DNA of 64,000 nt from a virus, in the IMG/VR virus record IMGVR_UViG_3300042691_015921. The stretch is one strand, 5' to 3'. Positions 40,993 through 51,008 of this stretch are shown here, piece after piece. Each line of letters opens with the position of its first letter. Position 1 is the stretch's first letter. The notes below the pieces were generated by a model. It ran no database searches, was not told the origin of the DNA, and saw only the letters and a program-made list of their open reading frames with translations. A program made the translations under genes and the position numbers.

Positions 40993-41919
40993 TTAAAATA
41001 CAGTATCTAACGTCCATGTTACTTTTCTTGGGGGAAATCCATCAACGTCACTAAATGCCCATGAGCCATCTTGTGATAGCATACCTGCGGCATCGCTTTC
41101 TCTAATCCAGAAACTTCCATCGGGCTGATCATGCCGTTTTTCACCGCCATTCCACACGCCCCAAGAATTTTGAACCAGAAAAAGTGTTTCATTATATATT
41201 TCATGAGTATCATCTACTGCAATCCATGCCATGGCATGATTCCAAGAACCGCTTCTTCTAGCTATGCCATATTGATCTCTACGTGAACTGAATCCATAAT
41301 TACTACACACCGATAAGGCATAACCGTTAGCAATAGCGTCTCTTGCTTCTTCTACTGTCTTAACAAGACTGGCAGTTTTAACTTGGTGTTTTTGTGCTTC
41401 TGTTATTAAAGAGGATGGTACTCCTCTACTGCCCCATCCAGCACCTAGATGACCATTGTAAACAGATAGGTCTATACTATCATATTTACGTCTTAGAAGT
41501 ATACCACCACTTTGACGAAGGAATCTGACCGCTTGAGAGCCAGTCATTCCCTCTCCGCTAAAGCCCCTAGAACCATATATTCCCTCCGTGGCACCTCTGG
41601 CAACGAACTCTTCTCGTTCGCCTCCAATTATTTCATGGCATCTAGTAATGTCTACAGCGTTCCTGCCAGCATGGGAAACACAATCTCCGACTACTTGTCT
41701 TTCGTGAGATCCAAATGTAGGATCAAACTTTTGCACTGACTTGAAAAGTAATGATAACTTCCCTTTACCAGTACCATAAAGACCATAAGCGGCAGCACCG
41801 AAAATTGGGTGTTTTAACTCACCAAGTAAACGGTCTGTATCTTCTGGATCTTTTATAAAACCCATAAAGCCATCTTTATAGGCTTTTAATAAATCTGTAG
41901 GTTTATCAAACATTGTCAT
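40993..41919 (-). CDS. Papain-like (C1) cysteine peptidase
   Basis: Oxyanion Q and catalytic C (QVVGDCVS), His (NHAM), Asn (QNSWG). Confidence 0.85.
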   Translation of the reverse strand: MTMFDKPTDLLKAYKDGFMGFIKDPEDTDRLLGELKHPIFGAAAYGLYGTGKGKLSLLFKSVQKFDPTFGSHERQVVGDCVSHAGRNAVDITRCHEIIGGEREEFVARGATEGIYGSRGFSGEGMTGSQAVRFLRQSGGILLRRKYDSIDLSVYNGHLGAGWGSRGVPSSLITEAQKHQVKTASLVKTVEEARDAIANGYALSVCSNYGFSSRRDQYGIARRSGSWNHAMAWIAVDDTHEIYNETLFLVQNSWGVWNGGEKRHDQPDGSFWIRESDAAGMLSQDGSWAFSDVDGFPPRKVTWTLDTVF

Positions 41920-42134
41920 ACCTTTTCGGATTTGGTATTATCATTTACCCATTTAACAGAGGAGTCAATTAATACTGTGATTACAGGAACAAGCATTACG
42001 CCAAGAGGACCAAGATCTATTTTAGTTAGATTTTGTCCAGCATATGTAAGAAATGCGGCAACGCCAACAAGTGCTGCGTTTTTGACTACTTTAAGTAGAT
42101 CGGACTTATTGAATGAAAAAGATTTAGAACCCAT
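41916..42134 (-). CDS. Small two-TM protein, holin-like
   Basis: Two hydrophobic segments, charged tail; ATGA overlap with the peptidase gene. Confidence 0.5.
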   Translation of the reverse strand: MGSKSFSFNKSDLLKVVKNAALVGVAAFLTYAGQNLTKIDLGPLGVMLVPVITVLIDSSVKWVNDNTKSEKV

Positions 42135-42143
42135 GATATTCTC

Positions 42144-42650
42144 CTAACTTAAGCCAAGGACTAGTAATTTATATGAAACGCCAGAAACAGAACTGTTTAG
42201 ATAAACATATCTTTGAGAAGCACTAATGGTAAATCCGGTAAATGGATCATTAGAGACAAACAAAGAATATGGTTTAACTAGTATATTACCACTTCCTCCG
42301 TTGAAGAGATTTGTGCAAGCATTTGTTCCGGTGCATGAAATATTAAAATTATAATTCTGTGTAGTAGATGTATTATAGATTGTAAAATTTTTAATACCGG
42401 TAAAGTTTATATTTTGTGTAGAACCAAAAGTATTTTGCGGAAGTGCTTGAAGATCGAGTCTAATTCCAGAACCTGATGGCAATATTCCAGTTATGGATAC
42501 TGCGTTTGTAATCTGGTTTGTTCCACTTCCATACGAATATGACATAGAAAGATTATTAGAATCTACTAAAGATAAGGATTCATTCGCATTGGTTTCAACT
42601 AGAGTAAAGCCAGTCTTATGGTTTACTGACGCACTGATAGAAAATGCCAT
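42144..42650 (-). CDS. Hypothetical beta-rich (possibly virion) protein
   Basis: Ser/Thr/Asn/Gly-rich. Confidence 0.55.
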   Translation of the reverse strand: MAFSISASVNHKTGFTLVETNANESLSLVDSNNLSMSYSYGSGTNQITNAVSITGILPSGSGIRLDLQALPQNTFGSTQNINFTGIKNFTIYNTSTTQNYNFNISCTGTNACTNLFNGGSGNILVKPYSLFVSNDPFTGFTISASQRYVYLNSSVSGVSYKLLVLGLS

Positions 42651-42659
42651 TTAATTACC

Positions 42660-42941
42660 TTATACTTTTATTGAAATATCATGAGTTTTTACTAAATCTT
42701 GTATAGCACACGATAATTCTTTTAGAGCATCATTCGTCTGTTCTTGTCTTATTGTTGCATCATGCTTCCATTCAGCACGTTCATCCTTGTGCATTGTGTG
42801 AATTTGAAAAATAGTTTCTTGAAATGATTCAGTTCTTTTATCTTCTCTTTTATTGAATGAAACTATTGTATAAAATAGCAGAGTAATCAATGAAGAAATC
42901 ATTAATCCAACTATACCTAATTCAGTAACTATGCCACTCAT
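42660..42941 (-). CDS. Single-TM coiled-coil protein (holin-like architecture)
   Basis: N-terminal TM helix plus charged coiled coil. Confidence 0.5.
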   Translation of the reverse strand: MSGIVTELGIVGLMISSLITLLFYTIVSFNKREDKRTESFQETIFQIHTMHKDERAEWKHDATIRQEQTNDALKELSCAIQDLVKTHDISIKV

Positions 42942-42964
42942 TTTTTGTTCTCCAAAGTAAATCC

Positions 42965-42988
42965 TCTCCCCCTATTTCTAGGGGGAGA
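42965..42988 (-). terminator. Stable hairpin / probable terminator
   Basis: TCTCCCCCTA-GAAA-TAGGGGGAGA right after the 43002 stop. Confidence 0.65.
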
Positions 42989-43001
42989 AGAAATAAGTTA
43001 A

Positions 43002-43625
43002 TTATACGTTTCTTGCTGGGTAATCTTTCAGAACGGGATTAATTGCACCATACATATAGACGAGTTCGCCAGGAACACTCTTGTATGTTACAAACTGAGC
43101 CTGATCAACAGCATTTGACGCATTATTAGTTGGAAGAACATAGCTAACATTATTTGAAGCTGGAGGAGTACTCCAACTAGTTCTCTGTCCAGAAATCTTA
43201 AGAAATCTGAAATAACCACTTCTGAAAGCCGAGCATGTCTGGGCACCTTTAGACTTGTTAGATATAAGAGTGCGTGGACGATTGCCCGGAGTTCCAATTG
43301 ACAATAGTGTACTAGCAACATTGTTAATTCTGGTAGTTACAGTTCTAATCATGAACTGACTCTGATCATATGCAAAAGTGCCGGAAGCATATGCTTTAGT
43401 TGCACTGTATGCATGAGCGGCACCAGAAGCCGCAAGAACTAGAACACGCTTGACTCTTCCATCAATAGCGTTATTTGTTAATGGAAATGTTCTTGAAACC
43501 GGTGATCCAACAGTTGTTGTGGTAGCAGATGTAATACCTACTATTGTTCCACCATTAGATTTTTCATTTACAATATTAGAATTGCCAGTGGCCGATACGA
43601 CATAACCGCTTGGTAGTAAAGCCAT
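43002..43625 (-). CDS. Hypothetical Ala/Ser/Thr-rich protein (probably virion-associated)
   Basis: Own leader, SD GGAG and downstream hairpin. Confidence 0.6.
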   Translation of the reverse strand: MALLPSGYVVSATGNSNIVNEKSNGGTIVGITSATTTTVGSPVSRTFPLTNNAIDGRVKRVLVLAASGAAHAYSATKAYASGTFAYDQSQFMIRTVTTRINNVASTLLSIGTPGNRPRTLISNKSKGAQTCSAFRSGYFRFLKISGQRTSWSTPPASNNVSYVLPTNNASNAVDQAQFVTYKSVPGELVYMYGAINPVLKDYPARNV

Positions 43626-43703
43626 GATATTCTCCAGTAGCTTTATTGCCAGTGTCCTAAATGTCCTTAAAGTTTAGTCCAATTCCTAATAATGTATACT
43701 CCA

Positions 43704-44372
43704 TCAGAGGCTATCGTATGTAATAATATTTCCGTTTTTTAGTAATTTTAGTGTTGTCAACTCTTTCTGATAATCAGTATCTGATTCGAATTCTGAGTTT
43801 TTAATGGTCATTATATTACCATCTTTTCCTACAAAAACTGCCCATTTGTTAGAATCTTTAATATTGAATAATGCCTCGTTTAGTCTGGATATAACATTAT
43901 CAATCTCGTTATTGTTAACATTATTAATATCTTGGTCAAATTCTAAATTATTACATAATTCTTTCTGTATTTGTATTCTAACTGATGGAAAAGTAAACAT
44001 TCTCTCTATACCAATGAAAAATCTATATGGAGATATGACTTTAAGGCATCCTATTCCATCAATTTGTTTGTTTAGAATATGAAAATCAGATTGTCTAATT
44101 CTGAAATTGGTATGACCAATCCAGCAATCAAACATATTATAAGGAGAAAATTGATCATTAATATCGTAATATCCAAATGGGGTTCTTATCTTTCGCATTG
44201 ATATAAGATCCTGAATATTTACAAAATTCATCATTCCTTCTTCATTATCTTCGTCTTCTTCAAAATTACTATTATCTTGATCGTTTTGATCATCAATAAC
44301 AGTATTGTCTAAATCGTTTGCTTCGTATGCCGGAATAAATTTTTCCCAAGCTATTTTTCTAGCAACACTCAT
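43704..44372 (-). CDS. Hypothetical protein
   Basis: SD AGGAG; IAWEKF and FDCWIGHTNF motifs. Confidence 0.7.
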   Translation of the reverse strand: MSVARKIAWEKFIPAYEANDLDNTVIDDQNDQDNSNFEEDEDNEEGMMNFVNIQDLISMRKIRTPFGYYDINDQFSPYNMFDCWIGHTNFRIRQSDFHILNKQIDGIGCLKVISPYRFFIGIERMFTFPSVRIQIQKELCNNLEFDQDINNVNNNEIDNVISRLNEALFNIKDSNKWAVFVGKDGNIMTIKNSEFESDTDYQKELTTLKLLKNGNIITYDSL

Positions 44373-44383
44373 ATTATATCTCC

Positions 44384-44653
44384 TTATTTAAAAGAGCTTG
44401 GATTGATGCAATTATCATCATCTTCAATATTATTATTTGGATTTGTATACTCTATAATGGCCCTTAGTATCTGTAATTCCTCAATCTTGTTATTAAGTGT
44501 TAAGTCTTTTTCTATGGTTTTGCAAAAAAGATTAAGGCCAGATGGAGAAGAAATAAAAAATATTAGATCTTTGAAAACGTCAAGATCTGAATATTCCATT
44601 GATATTATAGGATTAGAATCAGAAATATCTATTTTGATATGACCATTACTCAT
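44384..44653 (-). CDS. Hypothetical protein
   Basis: ATGA overlap with upstream gene. Confidence 0.55.
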   Translation of the reverse strand: MSNGHIKIDISDSNPIISMEYSDLDVFKDLIFFISSPSGLNLFCKTIEKDLTLNNKIEELQILRAIIEYTNPNNNIEDDDNCINPSSFK

Positions 44654-45018
44654 GATTGATAATTATTATTCATTAGTCGATATAGTTCGATACTTTGTTT
44701 ATTGAACCTAACAAATGATCCTTTTTTTGTGGTGTCTGATTGAGAAAGAATATTATATACTATATCAATTTTATCCTTATTGTTATCAATAGAAGATATT
44801 TGCTTGTTATTGATTAAAGAGTATATATCATTTTCATAGAAATATGATTGAATCAAATTATATATTTGAGCATTTATATGCAAATCAGAAGACAAGGTAA
44901 AAGATGGAAGATTGCCGTTTTCATCCAGAAATATAAGTATGTTGCCGTTATCTTCTGCTGTAGTTATTATTCTTAAGATGACTTTAGCTTCAAATAGATT
45001 CATTAAGATGTTTCTCAA
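44650..45018 (-). CDS. Hypothetical protein; likely start at 45003
   Basis: ORF in operon. Confidence 0.5.
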   Translation of the reverse strand: MRNILMNLFEAKVILRIITTAEDNGNILIFLDENGNLPSFTLSSDLHINAQIYNLIQSYFYENDIYSLINNKQISSIDNNKDKIDIVYNILSQSDTTKKGSFVRFNKQSIELYRLMNNNYQS

Positions 45019-46069
45019 CTGTTTTTGCCGTGTTTAGCCATGAATATTTTTGTCCAGTGGATATGCCATTTTCATTTACTGAAAGTTCATTATTTTGGAC
45101 TTTCTTGTGAACAAGTCTCATGTACTCAACCATCTGATCAATTTCATCATTATCTATTTTATGCCAATTGAATCTACCGTCAAAAAACTTATTATCTATC
45201 GCCTGTTCTTTTCCACTGTTCATATTTACAAGCATTGAATTATCTTGATTGCAAAATTCAGTATGTGCAGTAACATTGGTGATAATTAAGTGTCTGCCAC
45301 ACGCGAGCAATTCAAGTGCTTCTAGATTCCACCCCTCTGCTCTTGATGGAAATATTCCACAATGTATTTGAGACATGATATTATACACCATTGAGTGGCT
45401 TTTCTGTCTGTTGACAAAAACCATCTTATCTCCAAGCTTTGTGTTTCTGTATCGCCTGACCCATTCATCAGTTTCTTGCTGATTCAAGAAAAAATTATGT
45501 GGCATCATAACAAGTATAACATCATCATCTTTTTCAAAAGCCTTATTAAAAACTTCTGGAAGTATATCATGTCCTTTTCTAATCTCAAATTTGCCAAAAT
45601 TTCCAAAGACTGTTTTTTTAGGACTAGGCAAATTACATGGCTTAAAAATTGAAGTATCTACTCCAAGAGGCACAACATGAACAACGCCGGCCATAATTGG
45701 TAGATTATCAAGGATAACATCTTTTGCCCATGACGAGCATACAAAAAGTTCATCAGGATTCTTTAGGGAATGCAGTTCTATATCATTGAACTCTTCTAGT
45801 TCAAATATTGGCATTCCTATTCTTTTTCCATGGCCGGGGAATAGATTTAAATCATGTTGATGCCATATTTTTATAGACGGGGCATTATAAGAGTAATCCC
45901 AACGATTAAGAGTTTCAGAAATATATGGAAAAAGTTCTTCGTCTGGAGTATTCTGCCCAATTGGTATATGTCTTAAATCATGCCCAAGTGAATTAAGTTC
46001 CTTAATGATATTACATGAAACATATCCATAAGAAGTTTGATTTATTGGAGCATTAACATTAATTATCAT
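44990..46069 (-). CDS. GT-B (GT4-like) glycosyltransferase
   Basis: TSYG; VPLGVD; GKFEIRKG; SRAEGWNLEALE; YSW. Confidence 0.9.
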   Translation of the reverse strand: MIINVNAPINQTSYGYVSCNIIKELNSLGHDLRHIPIGQNTPDEELFPYISETLNRWDYSYNAPSIKIWHQHDLNLFPGHGKRIGMPIFELEEFNDIELHSLKNPDELFVCSSWAKDVILDNLPIMAGVVHVVPLGVDTSIFKPCNLPSPKKTVFGNFGKFEIRKGHDILPEVFNKAFEKDDDVILVMMPHNFFLNQQETDEWVRRYRNTKLGDKMVFVNRQKSHSMVYNIMSQIHCGIFPSRAEGWNLEALELLACGRHLIITNVTAHTEFCNQDNSMLVNMNSGKEQAIDNKFFDGRFNWHKIDNDEIDQMVEYMRLVHKKVQNNELSVNENGISTGQKYSWLNTAKTVEKHLNESI

Positions 46070-46277
46070 TTTTATCTTTTCGTATTGGAACCTGTTTTGG
46101 TTCTAGCTCTTTTTTTAGTTTAAATAGTTCATTTTCCAGTTTTCTTTCCTGACGCATAAGTAGACGCTTTTTTAAAAGCTTTGTCTTAATATTTTCTTTG
46201 CGTCTTTTTTCTTTTCGTTTTTTGTGCTTTTCACTCATCAGATATTTCCTCTTGTGTTCTGACATACAGAATTTCAT
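46059..46277 (-). CDS. Small basic protein
   Basis: Lys/Arg-rich ORF coupled to the GT gene. Confidence 0.5.
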   Translation of the reverse strand: MKFCMSEHKRKYLMSEKHKKRKEKRRKENIKTKLLKKRLLMRQERKLENELFKLKKELEPKQVPIRKDKNDN

Positions 46278-46458
46278 CAGCTTTTAATAGAATTGTTTCT
46301 TTGCCAAGCTCAGTGCTTCCAGATATCTCAACGCAATTATCATCAAATTCTCCAGAAAACACACTATAGATTTGATCTATTAGAGAGTTTGTTTCTTGCA
46401 AAGAAAGGAAGAGATGTATTTCTTTAGAATTTTTGAGAAAAATTATTATTTTTTTCAT
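46231..46458 (-). CDS. Hypothetical protein
   Basis: ORF in operon. Confidence 0.55.
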   Translation of the reverse strand: MKKIIIFLKNSKEIHLFLSLQETNSLIDQIYSVFSGEFDDNCVEISGSTELGKETILLKADEILYVRTQEEISDE

Positions 46459-46466
46459 ATAGAAAT

Positions 46467-46495
46467 ATTCTGGGGCTAATATTTAGCCCCAGAAT
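46467..46495 (-). terminator. Hairpin / probable terminator
   Basis: 13-bp inverted repeat ATTCTGGGGCTAA/TTAGCCCCAGAAT. Confidence 0.6.
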
Positions 46496-46506
46496 CATAG
46501 AGAGAA

Positions 46507-46809
46507 TCAAGAAATTACGTCTAGCATCTTACCCCTAACAATCTGTGCATGTCCACGATTTGATTGTGAATATACAGCACTCGCTAGTTCCTGTGTGATT
46601 CCTAGTGCCCGTGCGGCACGTTCTGTTCCACGCTTGTTGGCTGGAAACACGCCAAGGCCGAGACTATTGGCAACAGCGGTTACTGGATTAAAAGTCTTAC
46701 CGCGAGTTTTTCCCCTATATGATAAACCAAGCAGTCTATTATCAACATAGCTCCAACTATATCCTGCTGAAACTTCACTTAAAACTTCTAAAAATTCATA
46801 TTGAGTCAT
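46507..46809 (-). CDS. Hypothetical protein in its own transcription unit
   Basis: SD AGGAG, promoter upstream, hairpin downstream. Confidence 0.7.
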   Translation of the reverse strand: MTQYEFLEVLSEVSAGYSWSYVDNRLLGLSYRGKTRGKTFNPVTAVANSLGLGVFPANKRGTERAARALGITQELASAVYSQSNRGHAQIVRGKMLDVIS

Positions 46810-46847
46810 GTTATTCTCCTAAATTAGATTTGACAAACCAACAAGAC

Positions 46848-46875
46848 ATTATATCTTAAAAACTCTCGGTTGCAA
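46848..46875 (-). promoter_or_regulatory. Sigma70-type promoter
   Basis: TTGCAA-N16-TATAAT. Confidence 0.55.
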
Positions 46876-47197
46876 CTCGGTTGCTAAAATTTCAATTTCT
46901 TGGCATTTTGTTTGCCTTTTGTTGGCTATAATGCGGTAGCTGGTTGTTGATTCCCAGCCTACAGCATTTGTTTGCAATTAAAATCATCAGCTTGTTGGGC
47001 GTAGGCGAAATAAATAGCTAAAGACCCTCCAACGGCATTAGCGGCTTTTTAGTTCTGCGTAGGCGGATAATTGCTAATGTTAACCCTTCAAGTTTTAATT
47101 TTTTTATTTTCTCTCTGAGCAAACAGTTTGTTCTAGTAAAGAGAAGAGGTTGATCAATATTTCTTTCTCTTTTATAGATAATTGAGGATATTAATTT

Positions 47198-47785
47198 ATG
47201 AGCGATATATTTTTAAATCTAGGATGTTTTGATAAAAGATTTCCTAAACCATATATTAATGTAGATATAAGAAAAGATGTTAATCCAGATATTGTAGATA
47301 ACGCTTTTGAATTAAATAAATTTGATGATGACTCTGTAGATTTAATATATTGTTCTCATATGTTTGAACATTTAAAACCACCGCAGGCATCAATGGCATT
47401 GTCTGTTTGGTTTAGAAAGCTTAAAATTAATGGAATAATAAGACTTGCTGTTCCTGATTTTAAAGCTATATGCAGAAGGTATATCTATACTGAAAATCTA
47501 AATGAACTAGATAAGCTACTGTATGGTTCTCAAAAGCACGAATTTGATTATCATTATGCTGTATATGATTTTGAGAAAATTAAAAATTTATTAGAATCAC
47601 ATGGATTTACAGATATTGAAAAATGGGACTGGTGGAATACTGAACACAATAGATATATTGATGATTTTTCAAGGGCATATTTACCTAGTAATCAACCTGA
47701 TATAGCATTATCTCACAATAGATTACTCAATAACAATGGACTATTAATGTCATTAAATATACAAGCAAAGAAGGAAAAACAATGA
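47198..47785 (+). CDS. SAM-dependent methyltransferase (type 11-like)
   Basis: LNLGC; DLIYCSHMFEH; RLAVPD. Confidence 0.85.
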   Translation: MSDIFLNLGCFDKRFPKPYINVDIRKDVNPDIVDNAFELNKFDDDSVDLIYCSHMFEHLKPPQASMALSVWFRKLKINGIIRLAVPDFKAICRRYIYTENLNELDKLLYGSQKHEFDYHYAVYDFEKIKNLLESHGFTDIEKWDWWNTEHNRYIDDFSRAYLPSNQPDIALSHNRLLNNNGLLMSLNIQAKKEKQ

Positions 47786-48465
47786 TTTCTATATTGCTAC
47801 TTTCCAGAAAAAGAGAGTTAATGCTAGAAGAATGTATTGATTCTATTTTTAAAACATCATCAACAGAAGTTGAAATTTTTGTAGGATGCGATACAGATGA
47901 TGATACCGATTATAAAAGATTACACAATAAGTATTCTGAAAAAAATGTAACATTTATATATCAGCAAAGAGGATTTTTTAGCATACCAAAATATTTAAAT
48001 AAAATGGCAAAACTGACAAAAGGAAGTTCTATATTTGTTTTAAATGATGACTGTATAATGGAAGATACTGATTGGGACTTGCAGATTATTGATAAGTTAG
48101 GAGATGGAAGTATTCCACTATATGGAAAAACATATGACGATTCTATTGATAGAATATCTGATGATTATGCTGCATTTCCAATAATTACGAGATCTGCATA
48201 TGATAAACTTGGTTTTTTTATGGATGATTCTTTAGATAACCATGGTGCCGATGTTATTACCTATAGAATATATAAGTCCGCAAAGAAAGTGGTTGATTTA
48301 AATAAAGTAAGAATTAAACATATTTATCACAATAGCAATGAAGCACTTGCTAAAAGACAAAATGATCTAACAGCAACAGAAATGATTAATAGAACATTTT
48401 CTAAACCGTTTAGTGTTGAATTGATGCTAACTCTTGATATTTCAGAGAAAGCTAAATTACTATGA
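47782..48465 (+). CDS. GT2-family glycosyltransferase
   Basis: ISILLLSR; VLNDD. Confidence 0.75.
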   Translation: MISILLLSRKRELMLEECIDSIFKTSSTEVEIFVGCDTDDDTDYKRLHNKYSEKNVTFIYQQRGFFSIPKYLNKMAKLTKGSSIFVLNDDCIMEDTDWDLQIIDKLGDGSIPLYGKTYDDSIDRISDDYAAFPIITRSAYDKLGFFMDDSLDNHGADVITYRIYKSAKKVVDLNKVRIKHIYHNSNEALAKRQNDLTATEMINRTFSKPFSVELMLTLDISEKAKLL

Positions 48466-49418
48466 AAAAACAGATTTTATTTGTAACTGAAAAATGGTGC
48501 GATGCTAACCCAAAGTTAGCTTTAACTAATAATTTTCATAATTTATTCAATAGCTTTTCAAATTCAAGACCTGATTGTACATATAGCACTATTCATCTTG
48601 ATGAATCAATGATGATATATGGAAGACATATAGATCAAGTCCTTGAAGGGTACTGTAAAACTTTTAATGTAGATATGGTTATATATTCTTTACTTGGTCT
48701 TTCGTCGGCAAATCCATCTATAGAAACGTTTAGAAAGATTAAAAATCTTAATATATATCAATGTATAATGTGGCCCGATACCGGTTCAGTATGGGGAGTA
48801 GAAACCATTAAACAGATAGGCGATTCAGTTAATTTAAATGTTTTATGGGACAATCCAGTTTCTGATTATCATAATCAATCGCTTCCATTGCTAGAGAATA
48901 CCAAATCCATGTGGGTTCCACAAGACAATGAAATGTTTTGTGACAATAGAATAAAAGATATTGATGTTAGTTTCATAGGAAGTGATAGATATCCTGAAAG
49001 AAAAGTATATATAGAATATATTAAAAAACATTGCGAAACATTTGTATTCTCTGGTGGACAAAGAGAAGATAAATTATCTACTAAAGAATATGCTGATTTA
49101 ATTAAAAGAAGTAAAATAGGAATAAACTTTGCTGGTAATCCAGGCGGATTTTGGCAATGCAAAGGTAGAGTTTATGAAATAATAGCATCTAATTCAATGC
49201 TATTGGAAAGTAAAAATCCATCAACAGAAAAAATTCTTAATAATAATGAATATGTTGACTTTACAAGTCCAAAAGATTTATTATCAAAAATTCAATACTA
49301 TCTAGTAAATCAAGATGAAAGAATTGAAATAGCAAATAGAGGATATGATAGATACATTAAAAACTACTCATCTCAAATATTTTGGGATAAAATAATGAAG
49401 GAAGCATTTGATGAATGA
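48462..49418 (+). CDS. CgeB-like GT-B glycosyltransferase
   Basis: IDVSFIGS; SKIGINF; KGRVYE; ERIEIANRG. Confidence 0.8.
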   Translation: MKKQILFVTEKWCDANPKLALTNNFHNLFNSFSNSRPDCTYSTIHLDESMMIYGRHIDQVLEGYCKTFNVDMVIYSLLGLSSANPSIETFRKIKNLNIYQCIMWPDTGSVWGVETIKQIGDSVNLNVLWDNPVSDYHNQSLPLLENTKSMWVPQDNEMFCDNRIKDIDVSFIGSDRYPERKVYIEYIKKHCETFVFSGGQREDKLSTKEYADLIKRSKIGINFAGNPGGFWQCKGRVYEIIASNSMLLESKNPSTEKILNNNEYVDFTSPKDLLSKIQYYLVNQDERIEIANRGYDRYIKNYSSQIFWDKIMKEAFDE

Positions 49419-50244
49419 TTTTAGTAAACCATTTATTTCAATAATATTGCCAGCTATTAGACAAGATAGATGGGACGATCTATACGATAGTGTCTTATTA
49501 GCATGTGGAAAATATACATTTGAGTTAATCTTTTGTGGTCCCTTGCCATTAACTGAAAAACTTCAAGCAATACCAAATGTTAAATACGCAAAAGATTTAG
49601 GCTCTCCAACAAGAGCATCCAATATAGCATGTTCTTTAGCAGAAGGTCTTTTAATAACTTGGATAGCCGATGATTGTTTGATGATAGAAGATTCGATAGA
49701 TAAAAATATTGATCTATTATTATCTATGGGAGATGACATAAAAAATGTTGTAATCCAAAAGTATTATGAAGCTGGAAACATAACCAAAGACGAGTATTTA
49801 GTTATAAATAATTCAAGAAATTTTTCACCATATTTTAGTAATTCATGGGTTGGATTTAATAATCCAATAATGTATAGAAAATATTATGAATTACTTGGTG
49901 GTCTTGATGCGTATTTTGATGCATGTCCAACCGCACACAATGATTTAGCGGTAAGGGCACAGGCACAAGGTGCTATTGTAAAAATATCTCAATTTCCATT
50001 CCTTAACTGCGGATGGATGGAAGGTGGAACTGGAGATCATAAAGCAATATATCTTTCTCAAGAACAAGTTGATGAGCCAAAATTTAGACAAAGGTATCAT
50101 AATCCACAATGGATATATAGTGATTTAAATATTCCTATTGATAACTGGAAATTGTCACAATCAATATGGAATGTTAGATTCAAAAATGGCGTTCCAAAAA
50201 CATATCAAAGTATACTAGATGAAAATGAGTTAGCTTCATTATGA
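49408..50244 (+). CDS. GT2-like glycosyltransferase
   Basis: ISIILPAIR; WIADD; LGGLD; DLAVR. Confidence 0.75.
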   Translation: MMNDFSKPFISIILPAIRQDRWDDLYDSVLLACGKYTFELIFCGPLPLTEKLQAIPNVKYAKDLGSPTRASNIACSLAEGLLITWIADDCLMIEDSIDKNIDLLLSMGDDIKNVVIQKYYEAGNITKDEYLVINNSRNFSPYFSNSWVGFNNPIMYRKYYELLGGLDAYFDACPTAHNDLAVRAQAQGAIVKISQFPFLNCGWMEGGTGDHKAIYLSQEQVDEPKFRQRYHNPQWIYSDLNIPIDNWKLSQSIWNVRFKNGVPKTYQSILDENELASL

Positions 50245-51008
50245 AATTATCATTAATAGTTCCATCAATTAATTCGGATAAATGGATTAATATCAATGAA
50301 TATATGAAAGTTGCTTGTAAAAAATATTTATATGAAATTATTGGAGTTGGTCCAAAATTTCCAGACCAATCTCTAGAAAGTATTAAAAATTTTAAATTTC
50401 TAAGAGATTTTGGTTGTCCATCAAGAGCATTTCAATTAGCAACAATGATAGCCGAAGGAGAGTATATAGCTTGGTGTTCAGATGATTCAAAAATAATTGA
50501 AAATTCTATTGATGAATGTATAGCATTTTTTGATAATAATATGACAGAAAATGATGCAATGACCCTCAGATATTCTGAGGGTGAAAATTATACAGGTAAT
50601 CAACATAATGAAGAATTATATTGGATAGGATTTACGCATACTGATTTAAAACAGCCTGGGGTTCATAGAGACTGGAAGATAGCACCATTGTTCATGATAA
50701 GAAAAAGTTTATATTATAAACATGGAGGTCTTGATTGTAGATTTGAACACATAAATATGAATACACATGACCTAATGTTTGCAATACAGAAAAATGGCGG
50801 TAAACTATATTGTTCTCCTTCTAAAGTATTTTCTGTAAATTGGAGTCCAAATAATAATACATCTAATTATCAGCCAATATTTTTAGCATATCATCAAAAT
50901 GATTTACCATTATTTAAATACTTGTATCAGCAAGAGTATAATAGATCAGTTGATTTTGAAAACTGGAGATTACAACCGTCGCTATGGTCTAGGAGATATA
51001 AAGAATGA
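50241..51008 (+). CDS. GT2-like glycosyltransferase (paralog of upstream gene)
   Basis: LSLIVPSI; DFGCPSRA vs DLGSPTRA; WCSDD; GGLD. Confidence 0.75.
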   Translation: MKLSLIVPSINSDKWININEYMKVACKKYLYEIIGVGPKFPDQSLESIKNFKFLRDFGCPSRAFQLATMIAEGEYIAWCSDDSKIIENSIDECIAFFDNNMTENDAMTLRYSEGENYTGNQHNEELYWIGFTHTDLKQPGVHRDWKIAPLFMIRKSLYYKHGGLDCRFEHINMNTHDLMFAIQKNGGKLYCSPSKVFSVNWSPNNNTSNYQPIFLAYHQNDLPLFKYLYQQEYNRSVDFENWRLQPSLWSRRYKE

